From Candidatus Kaiserbacteria bacterium (GTDB lineage: Bacteria; Patescibacteriota; Minisyncoccia; Phycocordibacterales; Phycocordibacteraceae): a DNA stretch of 43,464 nucleotides. The translations under genes and the position numbers were made by a program. The stretch is taken from positions 1 to 43,464 of the forward strand of contig JAPLWI010000010.1 of the NCBI GenBank assembly GCA_026396675.1. Reading direction: 5' to 3'. This document shows, one piece after another, positions 8,367-17,970 of the stretch (positions within the stretch are counted from its first letter, which is position 1; each line of letters begins with the position of its first letter). The notes under the pieces were generated by a model that worked only from the letters and a program-made list of their open reading frames with translations, was not told the origin of the DNA and did no database searches.

Positions 8367-9437
8367 TTAACGCGCCCATTCGCCCCAAGGCCAGTACAGT
8401 TGGGGCATACCTTTTGGAATCTCTCCCTGGGTATACCACACTGTGGCCTTTTTGATTCCCGATTTGGTGTTCAGATAGTCGAACCACCTGACACCAATTC
8501 CGTCCGAGTGACTGGCAATCCACTCTTCACGCTTCTCACCATACTCGGTCGCCTGCGCGAACGAGACCTCGCCTTTCGGAAGTTCCGGCCAGACGGTTTT
8601 GCCGCGGTCCAGACAAAGGACCGTGACAAATTTCGAACCTTTTTCCGCAACAAATGCGGGAAGGCGTAAAACGTGCTCGCCCGGCGCGGGAGCGTAGCTC
8701 CCTTTGAGTTGGACCGGTTGTCCAACTACTGCGACATCTGCAGAGAAGTCGCAGTGCATATTTTCGCACTCCTTCGCCCAGATACTTTCGAAGTCAGTTT
8801 CGCCTGCGCGTTTGACCCCGATACATTCATTGGAAACATCGGTGGGACCAAGAAGTGCGAATCTGACCGCAGTGTCCTGTGCTTTTGTGAAGAAATGAAT
8901 CTCCACACAGCGCTCCTTTATCGGCTTTTCAACCGGATTGGTGCAATCGCTGGCGAGTACGATCCTCTTTGTCTTCGGATCGACCCACACCTTCTCTTCT
9001 GACTTGAATGAGCGGGAGAGACAATGAAGAGTCGGCTTAAACGTGCCTTTGCCCGAGGGTTTCAGGCATGAAATCCAGTACTCTCCTCCTGGCGCTGGCA
9101 CTACTTCGAGCGTCCGCAAGAACGCCGGTACATTGGCAATCTCGGTGAGATTTGCTGCCGGATCCGACACCTTGAACATCTCAAAGTAATCGCTCGGTGT
9201 TGCACACGACCCGTCGCGCTTACAGCGAACAGGGTCTAGCATGCTAGTCCCTTTCGGATTCTTCGCGAGCGATGCCTCAATCTTGCTCGCGAGCTCCTCG
9301 GGGCTGCTAATACCGTGCAGAAACGGTTTCCCAGCCGGAGCGGCACAGGCGAAACAAACAAAAATGACAAGAATCGCCGCTATAATTCCCAATGCAATTA
9401 CAAATTTCCAACTTCCTATGATTTTTTTTATCTTCAT
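8367..9437 (-). CDS. orphan exported, Cys-rich hypothetical protein, SD-led
   Basis: AAGGAGG 5 nt before ATG 9437; basic N-terminus plus hydrophobic segment. Confidence 0.8.
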   Translation of the reverse strand: MKIKKIIGSWKFVIALGIIAAILVIFVCFACAAPAGKPFLHGISSPEELASKIEASLAKNPKGTSMLDPVRCKRDGSCATPSDYFEMFKVSDPAANLTEIANVPAFLRTLEVVPAPGGEYWISCLKPSGKGTFKPTLHCLSRSFKSEEKVWVDPKTKRIVLASDCTNPVEKPIKERCVEIHFFTKAQDTAVRFALLGPTDVSNECIGVKRAGETDFESIWAKECENMHCDFSADVAVVGQPVQLKGSYAPAPGEHVLRLPAFVAEKGSKFVTVLCLDRGKTVWPELPKGEVSFAQATEYGEKREEWIASHSDGIGVRWFDYLNTKSGIKKATVWYTQGEIPKGMPQLYWPWGEWAR

Positions 9438-9504
9438 CACTGCCTCCTTTGCCGCTTACAGCGGCTAATTTTTTATTGAAAGAACATCTCTCCTCTTTGC
9501 GGAG

Positions 9505-9544
9505 AGTCACGCGATTCCGTTAATTAAAACGGAATCGCGTGACT
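9505..9544. repeat. perfect 17-bp inverted repeat overlapping the sortase 3' end
   Basis: AGTCACGCGATTCCGTT-AATTAA-AACGGAATCGCGTGACT. Confidence 0.9.
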
Positions 9545-10204
9545 TTCAACAAAATCCGCGACGACAACAAATCGGTCTTCTTTCTTGGCGAACGAATCGC
9601 AGGTCGAGAGAGTGAGTTCTTTCCCCACAACCGAAAGCGGAATCACTGCGTCGTTCGCATTTTCCTTCGTCACGCTTTTCACTCGATAGGTATAAGCCAT
9701 ATCAGATGAATAGACGGTGACCGCATCTCCCGCTACGAGCTTCTGGATGCCATTGAATGTTTTATATGCCTGATTATTTACAATCGGCAGATAACTCGAA
9801 TGGCCGAAGAGGACAACATTGCCGTCTTCACCAAGTCGCGCAGAGGTCGGATATCTTACCGCGCCTTTCATCAATTCTTGGTCGAGAACTGTCGTGTCGG
9901 CTGTTGCTGGATTCGCGATAGTTGTCGAAAGATTAATCGTTGGAATCTCTATTTTCATCGGTAGTTCCGGAAGCATTGGTGTCAAAGCATTCAAGCTTAT
10001 CGCAGCAATCTGATTTGTCGCACCGCCTAATACATTTTCTCCGCCTTTTGCAAAAACTATAGAAGGCAATAAATCAAACCGAGCGAGCGAGATTACGCTA
10101 ACAAAGAACACGAACACGAAAATGCTAAGGAAGATTCCCTTCCTCAAATACGCTCGTTGACCCGCGCGGATAATCCGTGCGGTGAATGCAATAAGCCCCT
10201 TCAT
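9524..10204 (-). CDS. sortase family protein
   Basis: N-terminal TM, IEIP.I, GNVVLFGHS, LTLSTC, downstream Arg (His-Cys-Arg triad); start MKGL chosen. Confidence 0.92.
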   Translation of the reverse strand: MKGLIAFTARIIRAGQRAYLRKGIFLSIFVFVFFVSVISLARFDLLPSIVFAKGGENVLGGATNQIAAISLNALTPMLPELPMKIEIPTINLSTTIANPATADTTVLDQELMKGAVRYPTSARLGEDGNVVLFGHSSYLPIVNNQAYKTFNGIQKLVAGDAVTVYSSDMAYTYRVKSVTKENANDAVIPLSVVGKELTLSTCDSFAKKEDRFVVVADFVESHAIPF

Positions 10205-10250
10205 ATCGTCTTCTACATACATACAGCATCGTGTCAATTCTGTCAAGCGC

Positions 10251-10279
10251 TTGACAAAATATAGTATATAGAGTATCCT
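10251..10279 (+). promoter_or_regulatory. sigma70-type promoter
   Basis: TTGACA-17 nt-TATCCT; the -35 is part of the palindrome TGTCAAGCGCTTGACA (10241-10256). Confidence 0.7.
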
Positions 10280-10322
10280 CTCAAACAGATGTAAATTTGA
10301 AAACAAAAAGGAGGTCTTTTCG

Positions 10323-10871
10323 ATGAAGACAAAAATGAGTAGTTTGTGGATCGGATTCGCCATGTTAGTTGTGGCGATGATGTTGGGAGGTTGTGGCGCC
10401 GGACAACTCGTGAAGATTCCGCTGACGATGCCGGACGGTGAAAAGGCGACTCTCGTTGCTCACAATCAGACCGCGCCTGACTGGATGATACGAAGCGGAG
10501 CTATGAAGCTTAATTTCGTAGTGAGGGGCGATGTTTCTGAAAAGCAGCTTCTTGCTGTGGCACGCGTAGAGGATGCTTGCCGAATCTATACCAAGACCGT
10601 GCGGCCAAACGCTTTGGTCGCTGTGTTATCAAGCGGTGTGCTCTATGCCGCTGCAGGATACCTTGGCGTTGGGTTCGGATCGCAGGCATTTGCAGGAGCA
10701 GTGTTCAGCGAGTACGCAAAGTATGGTGCTATGGCAACTGGCGCCGCTGGACTTGCGAACGGCGTTATATCTCTCGGGGGTAAGACCTATACTTTCGAGA
10801 ACTGCGGGTCTCAGGTGTTGGGTCTGTTCCCCGGATACGATGTCCGGGTTCTCCAGAAAAGTCCGTACTAA
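10323..10871 (+). CDS. orphan lipoprotein with Gly/Ala-rich hydrophobic hairpin, SD-led
   Basis: AAGGAGG RBS, lipobox-like LGGC. Confidence 0.8.
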   Translation: MKTKMSSLWIGFAMLVVAMMLGGCGAGQLVKIPLTMPDGEKATLVAHNQTAPDWMIRSGAMKLNFVVRGDVSEKQLLAVARVEDACRIYTKTVRPNALVAVLSSGVLYAAAGYLGVGFGSQAFAGAVFSEYAKYGAMATGAAGLANGVISLGGKTYTFENCGSQVLGLFPGYDVRVLQKSPY

Positions 10872-10884
10872 GGAGAGTACGGAA

Positions 10885-10914
10885 ATGGGCGTCCTTCTAT
10901 GGAGGACGCCCATT
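10885..10914 (+). terminator. intrinsic terminator
   Basis: AATGGGCGTCCTTC-TATG-GAGGACGCCCATT. Confidence 0.75.
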
Positions 10915-10945
10915 ACTATTTTAAGAACAAGGTTTAACCTTGTTT

Positions 10946-11458
10946 TTATTTTTGTACTTTCAAAAGTTCCACTTCAAAGATAAGCGTGGAATTACCCGGA
11001 ATCGAACCATAATCATTTGGACCATAGCCGAGCGATGGCGGGACAACGAGCTTGCGTTTCCCTCCCACCTTCATGCCGACAACACCATCATCCCAACCTT
11101 TAATTACATTCCCTGCTCCGAGAGTGAAGGTGAATCCATTCGCGGTTTCCGGATGTTTTGATGAAGCATCAAAAACCGTGCCGTTCGTAAACGAGCCGAC
11201 ATAGTTGACGGTTACGCTATTGCCAACGGCGGCAACAGCACCTGTGCCAACAACTTCATCGGTCACTTGCAGTTGTGTCACATTTTCAGTTGGCATGGTA
11301 GTTGGTGCATTTGAATTGGTAGTGGTAGCTGTCTCGATTGTAACTTCCTGAGATGGCTGAGTCGAGATCGAGAAGAGCGACATCCCATTAAAAACAAAGA
11401 AGAAAATAACTACAGCGAGTGCGAGTGCAACGGCGATACCGGTTTGGGTTGGGTTCAT
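10946..11458 (-). CDS. FKBP-type peptidyl-prolyl isomerase with N-terminal anchor
   Basis: VNYVG..NGTVFDAS, VIKGWD, GMKVGGKRKL, LGYG, IPGNSTLIFEVELL. Confidence 0.96.
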   Translation of the reverse strand: MNPTQTGIAVALALAVVIFFFVFNGMSLFSISTQPSQEVTIETATTTNSNAPTTMPTENVTQLQVTDEVVGTGAVAAVGNSVTVNYVGSFTNGTVFDASSKHPETANGFTFTLGAGNVIKGWDDGVVGMKVGGKRKLVVPPSLGYGPNDYGSIPGNSTLIFEVELLKVQK

Positions 11459-11465
11459 AGAATAA

Positions 11466-11759
11466 TTATTTATTAAATTCTTTAAATCGCTTCACTTCAT
11501 CGGCAACCGCGGCTTTCGCCAACTCCTCGTGTTCAGGAACTTCCTTGTCAAGAAATGTCTTCAGCGCCGCCGCATCGCCTGTTTCAGCGATCTTAGCGAA
11601 TTCACTTCGCTTCTCTTCAGAAAGTTTACTGAGCACCGATATCGTCGCGGCCTTCAACGCTACCTCGCCGAACTGCGCTATAAGCGTCTTTTGTTCTTCT
11701 GGTGGAAGACCGTTGATACCGAGGTCGGTGGCGATGGCGGCGGTTAATTCATCTTGCAT
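11466..11759 (-). CDS. small helical hypothetical protein (DUF5663-like)
   Basis: LGI..LP.EEQ pattern; TACAAT 7 nt before ATG 11759. Confidence 0.7.
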   Translation of the reverse strand: MQDELTAAIATDLGINGLPPEEQKTLIAQFGEVALKAATISVLSKLSEEKRSEFAKIAETGDAAALKTFLDKEVPEHEELAKAAVADEVKRFKEFNK

Positions 11760-11779
11760 AGGTGGCATTGTATCATTTA

Positions 11780-13708
11780 TTATTGAATAAGTTTCCCCAG
11801 TTCATCTGGTTCAGGTGCTTTCATAAATGATTTGAAGAATCCGAAGAATCCGCCGGTTCTCACCGGTGTACCAACGGGAATTACTTTACCATCAACAAAA
11901 CCCCAAGGAATGCGATACATACCGCTGTTGTCAGCGGTGCTGTAAACAATTTTGTCCGGATTGGCAATAAGATAATTCTGAATTACATTAGCCTGCTCTG
12001 TCGTTGAACCCCCAAACGCGAGCAGGTGTTTGCCGACCGCATCGGCATAAATATGCGGTTCGGAAATTGATACTTCAAGACCAGAATTATTTATAATGCT
12101 GTCGGTATAAGTACTATTACGAGCCGCCTCGGACCATCCGGCAGTATGTTCTTGGGTTTCGGGGGGAGGAGCAATTGGCGCTTCAGGATGTGTAGCAGAT
12201 ACTGTTTCAACTGGAGGTGTTGGTTGAGTTTCTGGACGCGGGGCAGGTGCTTCTGGAGCAGGAGCCGCTGGTGGCGCTTCAGGAATTTTTTCGGCTGGTG
12301 GTACGGTTGAATGTGGACCTGGATATTCTGGAGACGTCGGCTCTTGTACAGATGACGACGTCCCTGCAGGAGGTGGTTCAGTAACTGGAGCAGAAACAGG
12401 CGTTTCGGTCAAAGGAGTAACTGGCGTTTCTGGATGGTAAGCGGGAGTCCAATGATCTTCAACACTACCGGTAGTATCAATCTCAATATTCCCATGCGCA
12501 TCAAGAGTCATTGTGTCGTCGAGATTGATTTGGATACTCTTACCAGTAGCAGTATCAAAAAATTCATGTTTTTCGGCGAGGTCATGCACAAGTTTGTTTA
12601 TTGAGTTTTCATCTGAGTTGATGAGCTTCGCGAGATCGCTATCAGGGTCAAGATTTGGTGGTTTAACAAATCCAGATTCGTGAACCTTATTCCAGAGCTG
12701 CTTCGCCATGTATTCGTAGCCATGGCCTGATGACGCATCAACTGAAATTACGGGCAATTCAGATGTGACAGGAATTTCTGGCGCCGCTTGAATAGCGGAT
12801 ACTCCGGCAACTTCGTACGCATAAGGATTTTCTAGCGGAGTTTCGTATGCATAAGAAGGATTTTGCGTAGCGGCTGGTACAACTGTAGTATGACCGAACG
12901 CGTGTCCGAGCCAATCAGAAAGTTTTTCCATTGCATAACGACCAGCGATCGCAGTTCCGCCCATATACACAGCGCCAAGTACGGCAGCGTAAGTATTTTT
13001 AAATTTGTCAGACCTTCCTTCGAGCTTCACGCCGAAGTATGTTGCATCTTTATTGACGGCAAGTTTCTCTTCCATTTTCTCGCGGCGCTTCAACGCGAAG
13101 CCAGCACCACCAAGCACGCGCTGTCCGTACATAAGGCCTGCAAGAGTAGATGCGAGCGGCGGGAGTCCGGCTGCGGTTGCGAGCGCACCGCCACCAATTA
13201 AAGATGCAGTGATGTACGCCTTCTGGCGAAATGGTAATTTGTTATAGCCCTCAACAAGTTTCTTCAAATCAGTTTTTAACTTCTCGCCCTTTTCGTCGAG
13301 CGTTTTGCTCCTGTCTGCGAAGTAACTCGCGTAATCTTTCGCTTTTTCAGCGCCTGTTTTTATTTTCCCAAATGATTCTGCAGGATTCGCAACCATATGT
13401 GCGATTCCCTCACCAGCGGCTTTGAAATCGCCGACGACATCCAAGCCAATTTTTTTCAAACCATTGCCGAGTTCAGTGCTCCGATTAGTTAAATATTCCT
13501 TTGCTTTTTCTATTTTTTCTTTCACTTCTTTCGCACCTTCAGGAAATTTATCAACGAGTCCGCGTAATTTCTCGCGCCACTCTGACTGCGTGCTTTCGGT
13601 GTTTTCTTTTTCCTCTTGTTGTTCTAGCGCAATTTTAATATGGTCAAACTCTGGACCACTGAAATCAAGAAGATCTGAAGCTTCTTCTCTTGGTTTCTTT
13701 TCAGACAT
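11780..13708 (-). CDS. hypothetical protein: charged helical N-half, TM segments, Pro/Thr-rich region
   Basis: 642-aa ORF, 4 nt downstream of the ATPase gene. Confidence 0.8.
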   Translation of the reverse strand: MSEKKPREEASDLLDFSGPEFDHIKIALEQQEEKENTESTQSEWREKLRGLVDKFPEGAKEVKEKIEKAKEYLTNRSTELGNGLKKIGLDVVGDFKAAGEGIAHMVANPAESFGKIKTGAEKAKDYASYFADRSKTLDEKGEKLKTDLKKLVEGYNKLPFRQKAYITASLIGGGALATAAGLPPLASTLAGLMYGQRVLGGAGFALKRREKMEEKLAVNKDATYFGVKLEGRSDKFKNTYAAVLGAVYMGGTAIAGRYAMEKLSDWLGHAFGHTTVVPAATQNPSYAYETPLENPYAYEVAGVSAIQAAPEIPVTSELPVISVDASSGHGYEYMAKQLWNKVHESGFVKPPNLDPDSDLAKLINSDENSINKLVHDLAEKHEFFDTATGKSIQINLDDTMTLDAHGNIEIDTTGSVEDHWTPAYHPETPVTPLTETPVSAPVTEPPPAGTSSSVQEPTSPEYPGPHSTVPPAEKIPEAPPAAPAPEAPAPRPETQPTPPVETVSATHPEAPIAPPPETQEHTAGWSEAARNSTYTDSIINNSGLEVSISEPHIYADAVGKHLLAFGGSTTEQANVIQNYLIANPDKIVYSTADNSGMYRIPWGFVDGKVIPVGTPVRTGGFFGFFKSFMKAPEPDELGKLIQ

Positions 13709-13712
13709 ACTT

Positions 13713-16505
13713 TTACTGCGAGAGATAGCGCTCGCGAATCATATTTTCAACAGTAGCACGATCACGACCGTAGGTGAGCGAAGAAAGGTGAATAAGATCG
13801 TCCACCTGCGCCGGATTTGCCGCAGGCAAATCCGGCGTCTTCATATCAAACGCCTTTTGCGGCACACCGGATACGAGGATTTTCACATACGCATTGCGAT
13901 TTTCTATATTAACGAAGTCACTGGCTTCAAAAACCGGTGCGAATTGTTTTGCAAAAAATTCGGCATCTTCTTCGCCGACGCGGAAAATCGCCATATTGCC
14001 GACATTCCCGAAGACGGCATCGCGTGTTTTATCCTGAATTTGCGCGAGGAACTGGTGCGCCATTGAAAGTGCCAATTTATATTTCCGCGCTTCCGAAAGA
14101 ATCCCCGGAATTGAATCGGTTGTCACATTCTGAAATTCGTCGATGTAGAGATAGAACGGCGGATACGACGTCGTGCCCGCCAGCTGGCGGGTGTCAGCGC
14201 GCGACAAGGCCGCCATAAACAACTTCCCGACGACGATAAGCCCAAGTAGGTTCGCGTTTCTTTCACCGAGACGACCTTTGGAGAGATTGATGAGCAAAAT
14301 CTTTTTCGTATCCATCACCTCGCGGAATTTGAATGATGATTCCTGTTGACCGACGATCGGTCGGATGAAATCGTTCGCAGTGAAGTCATCAAATTTGTTG
14401 GTGATGTATGGAACGATATTTTCAAGTGCGGCATCGCCGCCTGCCTTCGTCGCAATTTCATTCCAGAATTGGCTTACAATCGGATTCATGCATTTCTCCA
14501 ATTTCTCGCGGCGGAAATCGCTATTCGCGAGCACGCGTGCGATATCGAGCATTGTCGAACCGCTTGAAGGATCTTCCATCACGAGCAACGTGGCGTTGCG
14601 GAAATATTGTTCGAACGCAGGACCCATACTCTCCGGCACATCGCCATACAAGCGATGAAAGATTGCAAGCAATTCGTTCACGATGAATGTTTTCTGCTCC
14701 GGTCGCGAAAAATCGTACTCCAAGAAATTGAGGCCAAACGGACGCGAGAGGTCAGCCGGATCAAAATAAATGACATCTTTATACCGCTCGGGCGGCACAG
14801 CTGCGAGAATATCCAAAATGTCAGAACCGTGTGGATCAATAAAACAGCATCCTTCGCCGTTTTTAATATCCTGCATAATCATTGATTTCATCAGGCCGGT
14901 TTTACCGGTTCCTGTCTGACCGATGATGTAGAGGTGACGCAGACGATCTTCCGGATCGAGATACACGAGTGTTTCTTGCCCGCGATAATTATTGATGCCG
15001 AGTAACGCGCCTCCGCCAGCTGGCGGATTGCGGAGTTCCAGAGGCGCGGGTGCATGCGTGAAGCGCGCTTGTTTTAGGTGCGGAGAAGATTCAATCCCAG
15101 ACGGTGGAAAATGGTAGAGAGTGGTCAATTCACGAAGCGACAAAGGAAGTGCCGATCTGTCAGGCATACGGAAGGAGAAATCTTCGCACACGAGTGCTGT
15201 CTGCTTGTTATTTGATGTGCGTTCAAATTTCAATTTATTTCCCTGCGTATTCGAGAATTGGTTGAATGCTGATTCTATCTCGCCGAGAACTTGATCTGCC
15301 TTCCGTTCGTCACTGGACGAAACGACGAGTCGGATAGTCGTGCCAACAATTGGCGTCGCGATTTTTTTCTCAACCTGTTCGATATACGCTTTGTTCTCTT
15401 CAACCTGCCGTGTTTCGGCTTCTTTCGCCTTTTGTTCATCTTTCGGTTTGTTTGAAAAAAGTGTGCGGCTGATGTCTCGTGCGAAGTCGCCGAGTGCTGT
15501 TTCTGGAGTGCTGAATGCCGATTGACGCTTTTCACCTTTCCGTAATGCTTGGAGAATTTTTTGGTAATGTTTCGTATACCGTTCATCACGCGGTTCAATA
15601 ATAATCTGCAACGCCGCTCCTTCTCCAGTTTGTTCTATTTTAGCGAAGGCATTTGTAATTGTGTTAATCGGGTCATAATCGAAGTCAGTGTAATCCTTGA
15701 GCGGCAATGAAGGATGTTCAACGAATTTCGCAACTGATACGAGTACAGAACCGGTTGAAGCAAAAATATTGTAATCGGACGGTTGTAACACTAATTCGGC
15801 ATTCGGAAAAATAGCGAGAAGTTGCTTTTCAAAAAGAGAACACTTCCCTTTCGGTATCGCAGCGTAGAACTGAAGTTCTGAAGTATGTGCGGGGACGGCG
15901 AGCTCAAGCGCGAAATAGTTTGGATCGCTACTTGAGGCGTCAGCGACTGAGAGAAGCCCTGAATAAAATTGCTCCATCGCAGAAATAAGTTCCTTCAACG
16001 ACTTCGCGCGCACTTCGCCAGCTGGCGAACGGCTCTTTGGACCCGGAAGTGAGATTTCATACAACGCCATGTGAAGCGCTTGAAACTGTGGTGCTTTCTC
16101 ATCCGCCTCAAGTGCCGGTAATCCGGCTGCAACATACCTTACGAGAAAGCGATGGAAATCGTCAGTAATATGCGGATCGTGCAATTTCTCAAGCACTGAA
16201 AGTGTGTTTTTTATCCCTTTTTCTTCCATTGTTTGTTGGAGGCCTTTAATTGTTTGTTCGCTATCACCGAGATTTAATTCAGCGAGAATCTTCTCGGCAA
16301 TATCATTTATCGCTGGTTCGCTAGCGCGATATTCAGGCGCAAGTATTTCTGGAGAAACAGCGTGGTGTTCATGAATTTGCTCTGAAATAATTTTTACGCG
16401 TTCAAGAGTTCCGGTTTTCGCGATTTCTTTTTCTTTATTCACAACCTGCTCGCGCAAATACGCGAGTTCTTCTTCAGGCGTGGACAACTTAGGTGTGGAT
16501 TCCAT
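13713..16505 (-). CDS. VirD4/TraD-like coupling ATPase (HerA/FtsK superfamily)
   Basis: DRLRHLYIIGQTGTGKT (Walker A), IDPHG, LYIDEFQN (Walker B), LSEARKYKL..AHQ. Confidence 0.92.
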   Translation of the reverse strand: MESTPKLSTPEEELAYLREQVVNKEKEIAKTGTLERVKIISEQIHEHHAVSPEILAPEYRASEPAINDIAEKILAELNLGDSEQTIKGLQQTMEEKGIKNTLSVLEKLHDPHITDDFHRFLVRYVAAGLPALEADEKAPQFQALHMALYEISLPGPKSRSPAGEVRAKSLKELISAMEQFYSGLLSVADASSSDPNYFALELAVPAHTSELQFYAAIPKGKCSLFEKQLLAIFPNAELVLQPSDYNIFASTGSVLVSVAKFVEHPSLPLKDYTDFDYDPINTITNAFAKIEQTGEGAALQIIIEPRDERYTKHYQKILQALRKGEKRQSAFSTPETALGDFARDISRTLFSNKPKDEQKAKEAETRQVEENKAYIEQVEKKIATPIVGTTIRLVVSSSDERKADQVLGEIESAFNQFSNTQGNKLKFERTSNNKQTALVCEDFSFRMPDRSALPLSLRELTTLYHFPPSGIESSPHLKQARFTHAPAPLELRNPPAGGGALLGINNYRGQETLVYLDPEDRLRHLYIIGQTGTGKTGLMKSMIMQDIKNGEGCCFIDPHGSDILDILAAVPPERYKDVIYFDPADLSRPFGLNFLEYDFSRPEQKTFIVNELLAIFHRLYGDVPESMGPAFEQYFRNATLLVMEDPSSGSTMLDIARVLANSDFRREKLEKCMNPIVSQFWNEIATKAGGDAALENIVPYITNKFDDFTANDFIRPIVGQQESSFKFREVMDTKKILLINLSKGRLGERNANLLGLIVVGKLFMAALSRADTRQLAGTTSYPPFYLYIDEFQNVTTDSIPGILSEARKYKLALSMAHQFLAQIQDKTRDAVFGNVGNMAIFRVGEEDAEFFAKQFAPVFEASDFVNIENRNAYVKILVSGVPQKAFDMKTPDLPAANPAQVDDLIHLSSLTYGRDRATVENMIRERYLSQ
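14176..14191. repeat. family D 16-bp palindrome
   Basis: CCCGCCAGCTGGCGGG. Confidence 0.8.
15012..15027. repeat. family D 16-bp palindrome
   Basis: TCCGCCAGCTGGCGGA. Confidence 0.8.
16014..16029. repeat. family D 16-bp palindrome
   Basis: TTCGCCAGCTGGCGAA. Confidence 0.8.
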
Positions 16506-16595
16506 TTATTTCAGTATAATGCATAGCCGCCTGTACAAGGAGTGCGAAGGTGCTAAACTGCCGCTTTTTCTATTTTTCTGATAGGATGAAAGTGA

Positions 16596-17219
16596 ATGAC
16601 CGAATTTTTTACTGCGATTCTTCATCTCGACCCGATGGCTATAGTAAAGGCGGGTGGATATATCGGTATCGCGATTCTTGTCTTCGCCGAGAGTGGAGTC
16701 CTGCTCGGTATATTTTTCCCTGGCGATTCGGTTCTTTTCGTCGCAGGACTTCTCGCTGCTGGCGGATTTCTTTCATTCTGGCCGTTGGTTTTGATTGTCG
16801 TTTGCGCGGCGATAGTCGGCGATTCGGTCGGCTACTGGTTTGGTGTTAAGGCAGGCAATGCATTTTTCAAACGCCCGGACTCGCGATTTTTCAAACAAGA
16901 ATATGTTACGCGCACGCAGAAATTTTTTGAAAAGTATGGTGGTCGCGCGATTATTCTCGCGCGCTTTGTACCGATCGTTCGCACTATCGCGCCGATTCTC
17001 GCCGGTGTTGGCACGATGCACTACCGCCGCTTCCTTTCATACAATATATTCGGCGGACTTCTTTGGGGCGCTGGAATGGTCTCGCTTGGTTATTTCCTCG
17101 GATCGGTGATTCCAAATAGCGAGAAATATGTGTTTCCTATCACACTCATTATCGTCGTAATTTCCTTCTTCCCTATTATCGCCAATTTCGTTTGTAATAA
17201 AAAGACAGTTCAATCATGA
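16596..17219 (+). CDS. dedA: DedA family membrane protein
   Basis: FAESG..FFPGDS, GD.VGYW.G, ARFVPIVRT. Confidence 0.95.
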   Translation: MTEFFTAILHLDPMAIVKAGGYIGIAILVFAESGVLLGIFFPGDSVLFVAGLLAAGGFLSFWPLVLIVVCAAIVGDSVGYWFGVKAGNAFFKRPDSRFFKQEYVTRTQKFFEKYGGRAIILARFVPIVRTIAPILAGVGTMHYRRFLSYNIFGGLLWGAGMVSLGYFLGSVIPNSEKYVFPITLIIVVISFFPIIANFVCNKKTVQS

Positions 17220-17229
17220 ATCATGATGA

Positions 17230-17970
17230 TTATACCATCTGCACAATCGCGTAGATCACGAATGCACCGAGAAGCGTCATGATTGTTGTAAGCGCACGAG
17301 GATGTCGGTGGTGACTCTCGGGAATAAGATCGCTTGCCGATAGATAGAGAAATGTACCGACAAAAATGGCGAGCACGAGTCCTATGAATGATTCAGGAAT
17401 GCGAAAGAACAATGTTGAGACAACACCGAGAACTGGAGCTACCGCATCTACAAATAACCACCTGAACGCCTGCCAGCGGCTTCCTTCATTTCGCAGAATA
17501 AAGCTCACGGTATTGATGCCGTCGGAAAAATCGTGCGTCAACACCGCGGTTGTAACGACAATGCCGACAATCGTCGATGCTTGGAAACTGACTCCAATCG
17601 CGATGCCATCAAGAAAGCTATGTGTGGAAAGTGTAAGCGCTCCGAACGCTCCGCGAGATCCACGAGGTGACACCTTACGATTTTCGTAAGGTGTCACCTC
17701 GTGGTCAGTGTGCGTATGTAGAAGAATAAGCCGGTCTAAAATAAGATAGCCGAAAAATCCGAGGGCGATAAATAACGTAACTATTGAAGCATCGTGCCAG
17801 CCATTTCCAAGCTTGATTGCCTCAGGAAGAAGGTCAAAGAGTGCGACGCCGGCGACTGCACCAGCAGAAAATCCTAAAATGAGATGTAACCGATCACGGA
17901 ATCGTAGCGCGAATAAGCCGCCGACTAGAGTCGCGACGAATGCGGCGCAACTAATTAAGACAACGGTCAT
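17230..17970 (-). CDS. ZIP family metal transporter
   Basis: DLLPEA, HSFLDG, HDFSDG, DLIPE; His-containing loop. Confidence 0.92.
   Translation of the reverse strand: MTVVLISCAAFVATLVGGLFALRFRDRLHLILGFSAGAVAGVALFDLLPEAIKLGNGWHDASIVTLFIALGFFGYLILDRLILLHTHTDHEVTPYENRKVSPRGSRGAFGALTLSTHSFLDGIAIGVSFQASTIVGIVVTTAVLTHDFSDGINTVSFILRNEGSRWQAFRWLFVDAVAPVLGVVSTLFFRIPESFIGLVLAIFVGTFLYLSASDLIPESHHRHPRALTTIMTLLGAFVIYAIVQMV
17660..17704. repeat. family B REP doublet, in frame in the ZIP gene
   Basis: CCACGAGGTGACACCTTACGA-TTT-TCGTAAGGTGTCACCTCGTGG; perfect 21-bp arms, 45 bp. Confidence 0.92.

Noticed and set aside
8257-8523. N-terminal extensions in the ORF track (also 10205-10363, 18690-18764, 33857-33895)
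   Set aside because: They overlap neighbouring genes, promoters or REPs; downstream ATGs give proper signal peptides or leaderless starts.
9441-9505. Riboswitch in the orphan leader
   Set aside because: The hairpins match no aptamer consensus I can recognise.
13422-14066. Long antisense or alternate-frame ORFs (also 19698-20291, 30598-31326 and many shorter ones)
   Set aside because: They shadow well-supported genes and have no motifs or start signals.
13713-16505. Conjugative element
   Set aside because: No relaxase, VirB genes, integrase or att repeats around it.
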